Virus record (IMG/VR): IMGVR_UViG_3300013120_000738
Span: 62,001 to 126,000 of that record
Strand: one strand, 5' to 3'
Length of the DNA stretch: 64,000 bases
In this document: piece after piece, positions 1-8,279 of the stretch
How positions within the stretch are numbered: position 1 is the first letter of the stretch
Layout of the letters: every line of letters starts with the position of its first letter
The notes under the pieces: generated by a model
Told to the model about the DNA's origin: nothing
Seen by the model: the letters and a program-made list of their open reading frames with translations, nothing else
The model's database searches: none
Position numbers and translations under genes: made by a program

Positions 1-626
1 CGTATACCCTGCCCCATCAACTGTGCTTGAGCACCTATTTGCTTATCACCAATCTCACCAGCAAGTTCTGCTTTTGGAATGAGTGCCGCCACCGAGTCAA
101 CAACTATAATATCGACTAGACCACTTTTGGCCATTATTTCAGCGATTTGAAGGGCTTCTTCGCCAGAATTCGGTTGTGATAGTAACAATTGATCTACATC
201 TACACCGATCCTCTCAGCCCATGTTATATCCAGAGCATTTTCTACATCTATAAACGCTGCTGTACCTTGTCGTGGTTGGGAAACAAATTTCGATGCCAAA
301 GTATCTTGTATTGTTGCACGAGTTTGGCCTTTAGGTTCGTCCTTAAAATGGTCCTTGCTTACAAAGGTCTTGCCTTGACATGCGGCTATAAAGTGCAATG
401 CTGTAGTAGTCTTTCCACTACCTTCTGCACCATATAATTCTATCATTCTGCCTCTAGGTATACCACCACATCCGAATGCCATATCTATAGTAATAATGCC
501 AGTACTATATGCCTCAACTGGTTTTACAGAACCGCGTCCCTGCATCACGGCACCGTCACCAAATTGCTTATTGATTATGCTCTTTACTTGATCCAGGCCT
601 GTCTTCGATTCTTTTGTCTTTGCCAT
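1..626 (-). CDS. recA: Recombinase RecA, 5' part (runs off the window start)
   Basis: Manual translation from ATG at 626: MAKTKESK...GGIPRGRMIELYGAEGSGKTT (Walker A)...AAFIDVENALD...LLLSQPNSGEEAL...IIVVDSVAALIPKAEL.GEIGD..IG.QA.LM; canonical RecA motifs. Absent from the ORF track because it is truncated. Confidence 0.97.
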   Translation of the reverse strand, partial: MAKTKESKTGLDQVKSIINKQFGDGAVMQGRGSVKPVEAYSTGIITIDMAFGCGGIPRGRMIELYGAEGSGKTTTALHFIAACQGKTFVSKDHFKDEPKGQTRATIQDTLASKFVSQPRQGTAAFIDVENALDITWAERIGVDVDQLLLSQPNSGEEALQIAEIMAKSGLVDIIVVDSVAALIPKAELAGEIGDKQIGAQAQLMGQGI

Positions 627-876
627 GGGATAATTTTCCTAGTCTTGATATAAGCTCAGACAGATCATACTCCGCTATCTTCAACACATCACTTGCTGGT
701 ATCTTAATAACAGCATTATTCTTGGCCAATAACAGCTTTCCATCCTCAACGGTGGCTACTACAGACCATATTCCTTTAGGGGATGCCGTCTCACCAGACG
801 GGACAGATAAATATGATACGTTCTTAGTAGATAACAAGCGAACTTGATCGAATCTTCCAAAAGTAGTAGATTCCAC
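568..876 (-). CDS. Hypothetical protein
   Basis: 102-aa ORF overlapping the recA start on the same strand. Confidence 0.55.
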   Translation of the reverse strand: MESTTFGRFDQVRLLSTKNVSYLSVPSGETASPKGIWSVVATVEDGKLLLAKNNAVIKIPASDVLKIAEYDLSELISRLGKLSHGKDKRIEDRPGSSKEHNQ

Positions 877-923
877 AATTTATTACCACTCAAAATTACA
901 ATTGAACATACAAGGAGATTGTC

Positions 924-1484
924 ATGACCCTCAATAAAGATGAAAAATTGTTGTGCGAAGCTATCGATTCGATGCTTCAACAAGATGCTAAACTCGGGCT
1001 AGCTATGCACGACAAAGAGCATGAAAAAACAGGGTCAGCCGAACGAGGTTATGAATATCTACATGGTCAAATAGACGAAATGTTTGCCGTCAAAGCGGCC
1101 GAATTAGACCATGCTGATGGGGTATGTCAAGCATTCAAGAAAGTACACAACTACAAATATGTTGACGACCCAACATTCAAGACAGCCATGGAAAAAGAGA
1201 TGGTCGCACAAGCTATACCGGAAGCAGATAGAAGTAAAGCACTAGAATTCGTACCAGCAATAATTAACGAACTCAAGAAAGAACAATCAGAATGGGCAGA
1301 GAAGGATAGTGGTTTCAACCCGGCTCTCGACGAGATAAGAGAAGCAAGCCAACCAGAACAACCACTAGACTTCCAAATCGAGGATGTAGATGGCTGGCCT
1401 AAAGACGCCAACGTCGAATGGGATGAAGGCGACGCCAGTCCAGGAAAGACCCCATCCGATTCAGAACACTCGATGCCAAAATGA
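924..1484 (+). CDS. Hypothetical protein with acidic C-terminus
   Basis: 186-aa ORF preceded by AAGGAG Shine-Dalgarno. Confidence 0.8.
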   Translation: MTLNKDEKLLCEAIDSMLQQDAKLGLAMHDKEHEKTGSAERGYEYLHGQIDEMFAVKAAELDHADGVCQAFKKVHNYKYVDDPTFKTAMEKEMVAQAIPEADRSKALEFVPAIINELKKEQSEWAEKDSGFNPALDEIREASQPEQPLDFQIEDVDGWPKDANVEWDEGDASPGKTPSDSEHSMPK

Positions 1485-1720
1485 AGCTAAAACAGATAAA
1501 TGAAAATCTGGTGATGCAACAGCTTCGCGGGCAATTAATGACATCAGGACCATATTTCGCCCGCCCTAATCTCCATCTACAAGGTACTACACAAGCATCA
1601 GGACATGATTCAGGAAGCAGATCAGCCGGACTAACATTCCTACCAACAGCTATACCACATAAACCAAGATATAGAAATTATCTAGGATTCGAGAAAAGAC
1701 CTGGTACTATCAGACTCTAA
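1481..1720 (+). CDS. Hypothetical protein
   Basis: ATGA overlap with the upstream gene; MKLKQINE-type start. Confidence 0.65.
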   Translation: MKLKQINENLVMQQLRGQLMTSGPYFARPNLHLQGTTQASGHDSGSRSAGLTFLPTAIPHKPRYRNYLGFEKRPGTIRL

Positions 1721-2481
1721 TATACTGATATCTGCCCAGCACCTTTGCACTTCGGGCAAGTATCACCATTCACTTCACAATCGCCCCTACATACAGGACA
1801 ATTAGTCATTGTCTTAGCATATCCTTGCCTAGCAAAATCAGGAGTTCTATCCTGCATAGAATCATCAGCCATCCTCTTAAATCTATCCTGTAACTTCCTA
1901 TCATCCTCAGACTTTATAATTGCAACACGAGTAGTGCCTGTACCATCTACCCGTTTCCTCTGAATAGCCAACGGTTGTCCCTCTCTGCCCTCTACGACGC
2001 CCATTTGTACAGCACCATCACGGACATCATCCGGTAACTTATCCTGCAAATCAGAACTCTGTAGACTCTGATGAGATTCTACAGGACCCAAATCAGTAGC
2101 CCCGCCTACACTGACCATTCCAGGAGCACCATCTATCCTTGATGTCGATATTACATCTGGCGAATTAGGGTCTAATGCATCAGGTGCCTTCTTGGATTCA
2201 GTCACTGGTGGCTTTTGCTGTGGAGTAAGTGCAGATGGTTGAACCACAGCTACACCACCAGGAGTATCACTAACAGATAGCCCAAGTTTTTTGGCCATCT
2301 CCATAACTTCCTTGATCTTCTCCTGCTTGGCCTCATATGCCTCCCTAGCACTCTTAATAGTGGCTTCCTCTGCATGTTCGTCACAAATGTCAACAGTGAC
2401 CTTAGTACCATCCTCTAAGGTTACACTTAATGATGTGTTCAGATTTTCTGAACTCTCGCAATACACGCATTGTTTAGACAT
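1717..2481 (-). CDS. Zinc-finger protein (N-terminal CxxC..CxxH, C-terminal DnaJ-like CxxCxG repeats)
   Basis: CVYC...CDEH; CPVCRG...CPKCKGAG. Confidence 0.75.
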   Translation of the reverse strand: MSKQCVYCESSENLNTSLSVTLEDGTKVTVDICDEHAEEATIKSAREAYEAKQEKIKEVMEMAKKLGLSVSDTPGGVAVVQPSALTPQQKPPVTESKKAPDALDPNSPDVISTSRIDGAPGMVSVGGATDLGPVESHQSLQSSDLQDKLPDDVRDGAVQMGVVEGREGQPLAIQRKRVDGTGTTRVAIIKSEDDRKLQDRFKRMADDSMQDRTPDFARQGYAKTMTNCPVCRGDCEVNGDTCPKCKGAGQISVY

Positions 2482-3025
2482 CTTTAAATTCCTTCAAGAT
2501 TGTTTTTATTTCATCTAGACTATGATTACTCTTTGCGAAATTAACCCATTTACAAACCAATTGTATATTACCTTTTATATATCCTTTCTCAGAATCAATT
2601 CGATCAATACTCATACTCCTAAGATCACGCGTCTTATGGCTCATAGGCATATTAGTTATAGCACATCTACCATCTTGTAACTGCCACAGAGATCTTAAAA
2701 ATTCAACATCAATATTATGAATTTTTCCTCTTTTGGTTGCAGATCTTTTTGATCTATTAACAAGTTCTGCTAAAAAGAAGTTTAACGTCTCGCGATACTT
2801 CCTCCTCTTTTGTTTATTATTTCTAGCGTATTCTCTATGATAGGTACGTTCAGCTTTTTTGTCTACCTTACCTTCTTTACGCCTCCTACGTCTAGCAGCA
2901 AGAATTTTGTCTTTATTCTTATGATATCTATCATTAGTATACTTGCGAAAACATTCAGGACACAAATGAGTAGACTTGTGCTTAGGTACATATTGTACAC
3001 CACATTTACACGTTTTAGTTCCCAT
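2474..3025 (-). CDS. Free-standing HNH-superfamily homing endonuclease-like protein
   Basis: QDGRCAIT...SIDRIDSEKGYIKGNIQLVCKWVNFAK motif of phage homing endonucleases; basic Zn-binding N-terminus. Confidence 0.8.
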   Translation of the reverse strand: MGTKTCKCGVQYVPKHKSTHLCPECFRKYTNDRYHKNKDKILAARRRRRKEGKVDKKAERTYHREYARNNKQKRRKYRETLNFFLAELVNRSKRSATKRGKIHNIDVEFLRSLWQLQDGRCAITNMPMSHKTRDLRSMSIDRIDSEKGYIKGNIQLVCKWVNFAKSNHSLDEIKTILKEFKDV

Positions 3026-3051
3026 AAATTAAATTTGACAACAAAATTTAG

Positions 3052-3468
3052 GTGATCAGGATGACAAAAGTATCTATCATAGAAATTGATTTAGGCGTTT
3101 CTATAGATGATTTGATCGACGGCGACGTAACAGAACTATCCAAGGGTGCTCAAGAAGAATTAGATAACGCAATCCAGGCACAAAAGAAAGTTCAAGAACT
3201 AAAGGAGAAGAAAGAAAAAGAATCTAAAGAGGCTCAAGATAAAGTAACTGTAGTCATAGCAATAGCATATGATAAATTAGTGGAAGCGGGCGACAATGGC
3301 GTACCCGTAGAAGACATAAAAGACATAATTGGTACAGCAATATCCACTACTTCTGCATTCACTATCAGAATGAAAACATTCTTACGCAAGAAAGGTAATA
3401 AATACACTATATCTAGATCTAAGAAAGGTGGTAAAGCGATATATAAATTTACTCTATTTAACGGATAG
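3052..3468 (+). CDS. Hypothetical protein (coiled coil, possible C-terminal winged helix)
   Basis: 138-aa ORF; charged helical middle and basic C-terminus. Confidence 0.7.
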   Translation: MIRMTKVSIIEIDLGVSIDDLIDGDVTELSKGAQEELDNAIQAQKKVQELKEKKEKESKEAQDKVTVVIAIAYDKLVEAGDNGVPVEDIKDIIGTAISTTSAFTIRMKTFLRKKGNKYTISRSKKGGKAIYKFTLFNG

Positions 3469-3889
3469 TCCCACGTCTGAATTTCCCATCGTATTCTAGA
3501 AGATCTGAGTATTTCTCTACGCGGAGCTTAATACCAACCCTAGCACATACTATTGCACATCGATATATATATCTCTCATCTTTATCTTCCTTCGTGACTA
3601 GTATTATACCGGGCCTTCTCCCTGTGACTTCGGCATAATATAAACTCTGTCCGATAGCTTGTGCCCACTTCCCATTATCAGCCCAATCCACTTCCCATAC
3701 ATAATTATTCTCAGTATCGAGCATATCTACCCTAGTACCATCCCATAACCTATACTCGACACGGACTGGTGGGATACCATATTTAGGTGCTATCTTTTGT
3801 GCAACCAATTCTGGTTCACTAAGATCAGCACCAGATGTTGTCTCTAAACACCCAGAAAAGAGAACAGACGCAAGTAATAGTATTCTCAT
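3458..3889 (-). CDS. PD-(D/E)XK-fold protein with lipoprotein-type signal
   Basis: MRILLLASVLFSGC lipobox-like start; EYRLWDGTRVD...EVDW...AIGQSLYY restriction-endonuclease-fold pattern. Confidence 0.65.
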   Translation of the reverse strand: MRILLLASVLFSGCLETTSGADLSEPELVAQKIAPKYGIPPVRVEYRLWDGTRVDMLDTENNYVWEVDWADNGKWAQAIGQSLYYAEVTGRRPGIILVTKEDKDERYIYRCAIVCARVGIKLRVEKYSDLLEYDGKFRRGTIR

Positions 3890-4200
3890 TTCTCGTAAAA
3901 TCCTAATCTACGCAATATATCGAAGATCAAATCGACGCTCTTCTCACCAAAATTCGGGATTGCTTCCAAATCTTTTTTCTTAGCATGCAATAAGTCATAT
4001 AATGTATAAATACCTCTCCCCTCCAAGGCATTAATTATACGTTGTGTAAACCCATTATATCCAAGTATTGGATGAGACCTTTTAGCTTTTGATTTAGTGT
4101 CTGTCACATATTCAGATAGATGAGTATCTAATAATCTATCTAATTCGAATTGGGATAATTCTGAATAATGCTTAGCTTTCTTTCTGTATCGTTTAACCAT
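3886..4200 (-). CDS. Stand-alone RNA polymerase alpha-subunit C-terminal-domain-like protein
   Basis: RIINALEGRGIYTLYDLL..KKDLEAIPNFGEKSV..I...L..LG matches the alphaCTD consensus (R..N.L....I..I.DL......L..IPNFG.KS..EI). Confidence 0.85.
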   Translation of the reverse strand: MVKRYRKKAKHYSELSQFELDRLLDTHLSEYVTDTKSKAKRSHPILGYNGFTQRIINALEGRGIYTLYDLLHAKKKDLEAIPNFGEKSVDLIFDILRRLGFYEK

Positions 4201-4963
4201 GTCTCTTCTTCAAAGCCTTTACCAGTGAACACATAGTCTTGATCTGCTTTTCGAACGACGTTCTTCTTGACGGATCTCTAAAGTTCACTGGTGATGGGTG
4301 GTAGATGGGGAATACTGATATATTAAATTTACTACTCTTAGTAATAGTCCCAAGCGATTTTGCAAATGGTGTACCTGGGCATAATATATCAAAAGCAACA
4401 GCTCCTAAAGCAATGACAATGTGAGGCTTAATAAGGTTCAGTTCCATCCTCAAGAAAGGCTCACATCTCTCTACAATCCTTGCATCAGGTTTGGTATTGC
4501 CCTTAGTCCAACATCTTACAGCATTACATATATAGAACCATGTGCGATCTAGCCCATGCTTGGCTATTTCATCATCAAAATTCTTGCCAGCGGCTCCAAC
4601 AAATGGTTCACGTTTCTCAAGCTCGTCCCATCCAGGATTTTGTCCAACTACAACAAACCTTACAGGATTCATATTGCTCAATACATGTGGATCTCTAACA
4701 GTATTGCGCATTTCAGCACCCTGCTTACCGAGATTGCACATAGAACATGCCGTACAAGTACTATTCAACTGTTTCAACATACGAAATTTGCGATCATATG
4801 GTGATTCACCTTTTACACTTAGTACACTTATATAATCTGGCATGTATACTTTCTCCGGTGCGGTAGAGGTAAAATTGAACCAATCAAATTCTTCTAACTC
4901 ACGCAGATCCTCAGGTACTTCATCACGCTTTCTTGGATGCTTGGCGTAAGCAGAAACCGTCAT
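4193..4963 (-). CDS. udg: Uracil-DNA glycosylase family 4 (Fe-S type)
   Basis: CTAC..C, VVGQNPG..E....PFVG.AG, NAVRC, C.PFL..EL..IKP, IALG..A, YHPS. Confidence 0.92.
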   Translation of the reverse strand: MTVSAYAKHPRKRDEVPEDLRELEEFDWFNFTSTAPEKVYMPDYISVLSVKGESPYDRKFRMLKQLNSTCTACSMCNLGKQGAEMRNTVRDPHVLSNMNPVRFVVVGQNPGWDELEKREPFVGAAGKNFDDEIAKHGLDRTWFYICNAVRCWTKGNTKPDARIVERCEPFLRMELNLIKPHIVIALGAVAFDILCPGTPFAKSLGTITKSSKFNISVFPIYHPSPVNFRDPSRRTSFEKQIKTMCSLVKALKKRHG

Positions 4964-5624
4964 ATTCTTCTCTAGTGTCTATTCCGGCGGTTTCGATATG
5001 TCTAATACAGACTTTTATACGAAAACCAGATTGTAACCAATTAAGTTGCTCTAGCCTCTCGCATGCATACTGGTCTATTTCAAGACTAGGGAATGCTAGC
5101 AAGAATTCTCTTCTAAATGCATAAATACCTATATGTTTTAATGCGACCGATTGGCCATTATGTGGTATCGGACATCTACTAAAGTACATCGCTATATTCT
5201 CATGAGTCACCACTACTTTAACAACATCTGGTGAATTATACTCTTCTGGAGTAGCACGCGCAGCAAGAGTGACAATATCTATATTAGGATCATCAAAATC
5301 TACTAGCATATCTTGGACATACTGGCCGTCCAATTCTGGTTCATCACCCTGCCAATTTACAAGCACGCCCCAATCATATGTTGCAGCAATTGCTGCTATT
5401 CTAGCCGTTCCAGAATCGTACTTGCCAGTTAATACTACATCAATGTATTTATGACACGCTTCATAAATCTCTTTATCTTCCGTAGCAACTACCACATTAT
5501 CAAAATATTTCTTAGCAGCATCTACAGTATGCAATATAAGTGGTTTACCAGTTTCTTCTAGCAATAATTTATTTGGAAGCCGAACAGATTCTAATCTAGC
5601 TGGAATAATAACAATATTATTCAT
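4923..5624 (-). CDS. kdsB: 3-deoxy-manno-octulosonate cytidylyltransferase (CMP-Kdo synthetase)
   Basis: IIPARLESVRLPNK.L, SGTARI, VNWQGDEP, VKVV, AMYFSRCPIP, HIGIYAFR, ERLEQL, GIDT. Confidence 0.93.
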   Translation of the reverse strand: MNNIVIIPARLESVRLPNKLLLEETGKPLILHTVDAAKKYFDNVVVATEDKEIYEACHKYIDVVLTGKYDSGTARIAAIAATYDWGVLVNWQGDEPELDGQYVQDMLVDFDDPNIDIVTLAARATPEEYNSPDVVKVVVTHENIAMYFSRCPIPHNGQSVALKHIGIYAFRREFLLAFPSLEIDQYACERLEQLNWLQSGFRIKVCIRHIETAGIDTREEYDGFCLRQASKKA

Positions 5625-6564
5625 TAAGCTTTATTTCTTTAGGCTTGGCAGGAACAAGGCCTCTATTAGCATACTTCAATAGTCTAAGTATGCAACTGCC
5701 CACATCCATACACCAATCCCATTGGGCATAGCCACCAACACAAAACACATCTTCCTCCTCCAAATTCCTAAGATCTGGAATTTCACCGGCAGGCAATGCA
5801 TTCTCGAGTGACGTCCCATCGATAATATCAAATGATTCTATAACCCGCATCAAGTATATGCCAACATCCTTAAGCTCTTCAGTCCAATATATCAAATATC
5901 TGTTTGGTGCTATATTAGTCACTTTGAAAAATAATATCCCAGGATCAACCACTAGTAATTGGTTGTTACCCTCGAAGTCCAAAGATTCACTATGAATATG
6001 TAAGAAATATAATGAACTAGTTGGTAAATCTATCGATGCACTTCTCAAACCACATAGAACGTCTAACGGGATAGTACTAATAGCCTTATCAAATTCCTCA
6101 GTAACCCCATTCCTAGTAAAACTATGATTTCCTATAGCCGTTACTTCACCTTTCTCAGCCTCCTCTTTTAATTCGGTCATATATCGACTTACCAAGGACT
6201 TATATAATTCGTTTATCTGTACGTCATAAACGAACGTGACTAATTTCTTATAATATGCTACGCTTTGGGTCGGTACCTTAGTACCGAATATTTTGGACAA
6301 CCAGTCATTACAGATGCCATCATTTGAATCAGTTATGATCTGCCCACCAATAGACCAGGCTCTTTTATATGGGTAAATTGTCTTTTTACCGCACAATCCA
6401 TCAATAAATGGATCTAACTCATCATTCCTAGTCAGGAAATTATCGGCGATTGCTGGGTTAAATGAGTATAGTCGGCTCTTGTAGAATGGAATTACTTTCC
6501 AAGAGCTGCCAAGTATTTCTCTGGCTAATAGGCCGACTATGCCTGATCCGAATATTACATTCAT
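5617..6564 (-). CDS. FAD/NAD(P)-binding oxidoreductase-like protein (possibly sugar mutase-like)
   Basis: N-terminal VIFGSGIVGLLA Rossmann motif, ISTIPL, C-terminal VG.YAQW. Confidence 0.65.
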   Translation of the reverse strand: MNVIFGSGIVGLLAREILGSSWKVIPFYKSRLYSFNPAIADNFLTRNDELDPFIDGLCGKKTIYPYKRAWSIGGQIITDSNDGICNDWLSKIFGTKVPTQSVAYYKKLVTFVYDVQINELYKSLVSRYMTELKEEAEKGEVTAIGNHSFTRNGVTEEFDKAISTIPLDVLCGLRSASIDLPTSSLYFLHIHSESLDFEGNNQLLVVDPGILFFKVTNIAPNRYLIYWTEELKDVGIYLMRVIESFDIIDGTSLENALPAGEIPDLRNLEEEDVFCVGGYAQWDWCMDVGSCILRLLKYANRGLVPAKPKEIKLNE

Positions 6565-7139
6565 TCCGGCTCTACTAATTCTGCGTCATCAAATTGGGCT
6601 TCCTTGGCCTCTCCCTTGCTCTCTTTTGCACTTTCGTCGGATACGGCCTCTGATGTCTTTTCTTTTTCTGCGCAACTCCCCGTGTCCTCCGTGGCCTCCT
6701 TTGGGGTCTCCCCTTCATCTAATATGTTCACAAGTTCTTCGGATATTGTTTCTGATTCGTCCTCGGATAATCTTTCAGCAACCGATCCAGTATCTTGTTC
6801 AATATTTGGATCATACAATAGTGGGTCCAGTTCAGTCTCTGGAACTCGTCCAGTTTCTACCGGATTTGTGAAGGGGTCTGGTACAGGTTCTTGATCTGGA
6901 TAACAATAATAGCATTTGCAGTGGATTATCTCAAATGGTGGGTCAGACAGGATTACATCAAACTCAAGTCCAGCACCACAATCTGGACATGTAGCTGATA
7001 ATTTCGATGGTTTCACCGGAAATCCAAAAGCATTGGTACTATCCTTGTGGTTGGCAATCTCAGAATCAAATTCTATTGGCCTAGTGTACATGTTTTGGCC
7101 GTTGACTGTTATTTCCACAGGATCGAATGGATTGTACAT
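6561..7139 (-). CDS. Zinc-ribbon protein with acidic tail
   Basis: CPDCG...CYYC; E/D-rich C-terminus; coupled to neighbours. Confidence 0.7.
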   Translation of the reverse strand: MYNPFDPVEITVNGQNMYTRPIEFDSEIANHKDSTNAFGFPVKPSKLSATCPDCGAGLEFDVILSDPPFEIIHCKCYYCYPDQEPVPDPFTNPVETGRVPETELDPLLYDPNIEQDTGSVAERLSEDESETISEELVNILDEGETPKEATEDTGSCAEKEKTSEAVSDESAKESKGEAKEAQFDDAELVEPE

Positions 7140-7141
7140 TG

Positions 7142-7702
7142 TTATGCACCTTTACTGGACCATTGTGATGCCACTTTACGGACTTGTTCTGCTTGTTTTC
7201 TCAATTGCGTAAAAGCGTCTTCGCATATAGTAACCTCCAAAAACCGCTCGTCTGTATTCATTTGGGCCGGTCGTATAAATTTCGTACTTTGACATTTAGC
7301 ACATGGTTTGTCATCGTCCCACGTCGAAGTATGACATTCAACACAAACGTTTGGTTGCCCAGTTATTTTGACATTGACTCTGGTTACAACTATATAGTAA
7401 TAACAATAAGTACCAGCAAGTATATTACCAGTCATTTCACAAATTTGTTTTACACCCACGCTCCTCTTCTTAGACATTACTTTCTTATAATTATCAACCA
7501 CTTTCTGACTTAATTTACTAAAGCAATGCTCACAAATATCTAACGAAAATGTTACAGAGCTTCTGAGAATTGCATCAATAGCTGGTCGTCTATTATTTTC
7601 TACAGAAGCACTATGAAAATCGAATGAATAATATATAAAATCATTCTCATATATCGTGCCACAATGATCACACGCTATGCCACTTCTATCACTTGTCTGC
7701 AT
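7142..7702 (-). CDS. Cys-rich multi-zinc-finger hypothetical protein
   Basis: CDHC, CEHC, CVEC, CAKC motifs. Confidence 0.7.
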   Translation of the reverse strand: MQTSDRSGIACDHCGTIYENDFIYYSFDFHSASVENNRRPAIDAILRSSVTFSLDICEHCFSKLSQKVVDNYKKVMSKKRSVGVKQICEMTGNILAGTYCYYYIVVTRVNVKITGQPNVCVECHTSTWDDDKPCAKCQSTKFIRPAQMNTDERFLEVTICEDAFTQLRKQAEQVRKVASQWSSKGA

Positions 7703-8279
7703 TTTTCATTCTCTTGCACGACGCACATTTACCACAACGTCGCCCATCTTTTCTAGGAAGTTCACAATACCAAACATGCTCAAATAAGCCTTCAAGCTTT
7801 AATTTAGTTACTATCTCTCCCTTATCCATCCATTCTAATGGGAAAACAAGATCACACGATTTCATATTAATAGCTAATAAATATGTAAACGCATATTTAT
7901 ACCATTCCATGTAGTGCCAAATATCATCGCCACGAATATATGCGACTGCTAACTCTTCACCATCATTTAGGTAACCAGTACCAGCAAATAACCAGATATT
8001 TGGCTGTGCGAGCCCATGCGCACCATCACCAAGCGTGATACCACGCTGTGCCGCCTTAATAGTCATCTCACAATGAGGAAATTTATACCCACGAGCACGA
8101 AACTCTTTAATCAACCGCCTCCTAGCACGTTTTTCATATGGACATGCTAGAACTTGATCATGATTGACAGCAATAGTTCTTACATCCTTGCCAGATACAA
8201 GACTGTCAAATAAAAGAAGAGTAGAGTCGCACCCACCGGACCATAAAATTAATCTAGGCTTCTCAGGAGTCCCATCCAC
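7689..8279 (-). CDS. queC: QueC-like (7-cyano-7-deazaguanine synthase family) PP-loop ATPase
   Basis: LWSGGCDST PP-loop; PL....K.EI; C-terminal WYC-x8-CGKCASC..R Zn site typical of QueC. Confidence 0.8.
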   Translation of the reverse strand: MDGTPEKPRLILWSGGCDSTLLLFDSLVSGKDVRTIAVNHDQVLACPYEKRARRRLIKEFRARGYKFPHCEMTIKAAQRGITLGDGAHGLAQPNIWLFAGTGYLNDGEELAVAYIRGDDIWHYMEWYKYAFTYLLAINMKSCDLVFPLEWMDKGEIVTKLKLEGLFEHVWYCELPRKDGRRCGKCASCKRMKNADK

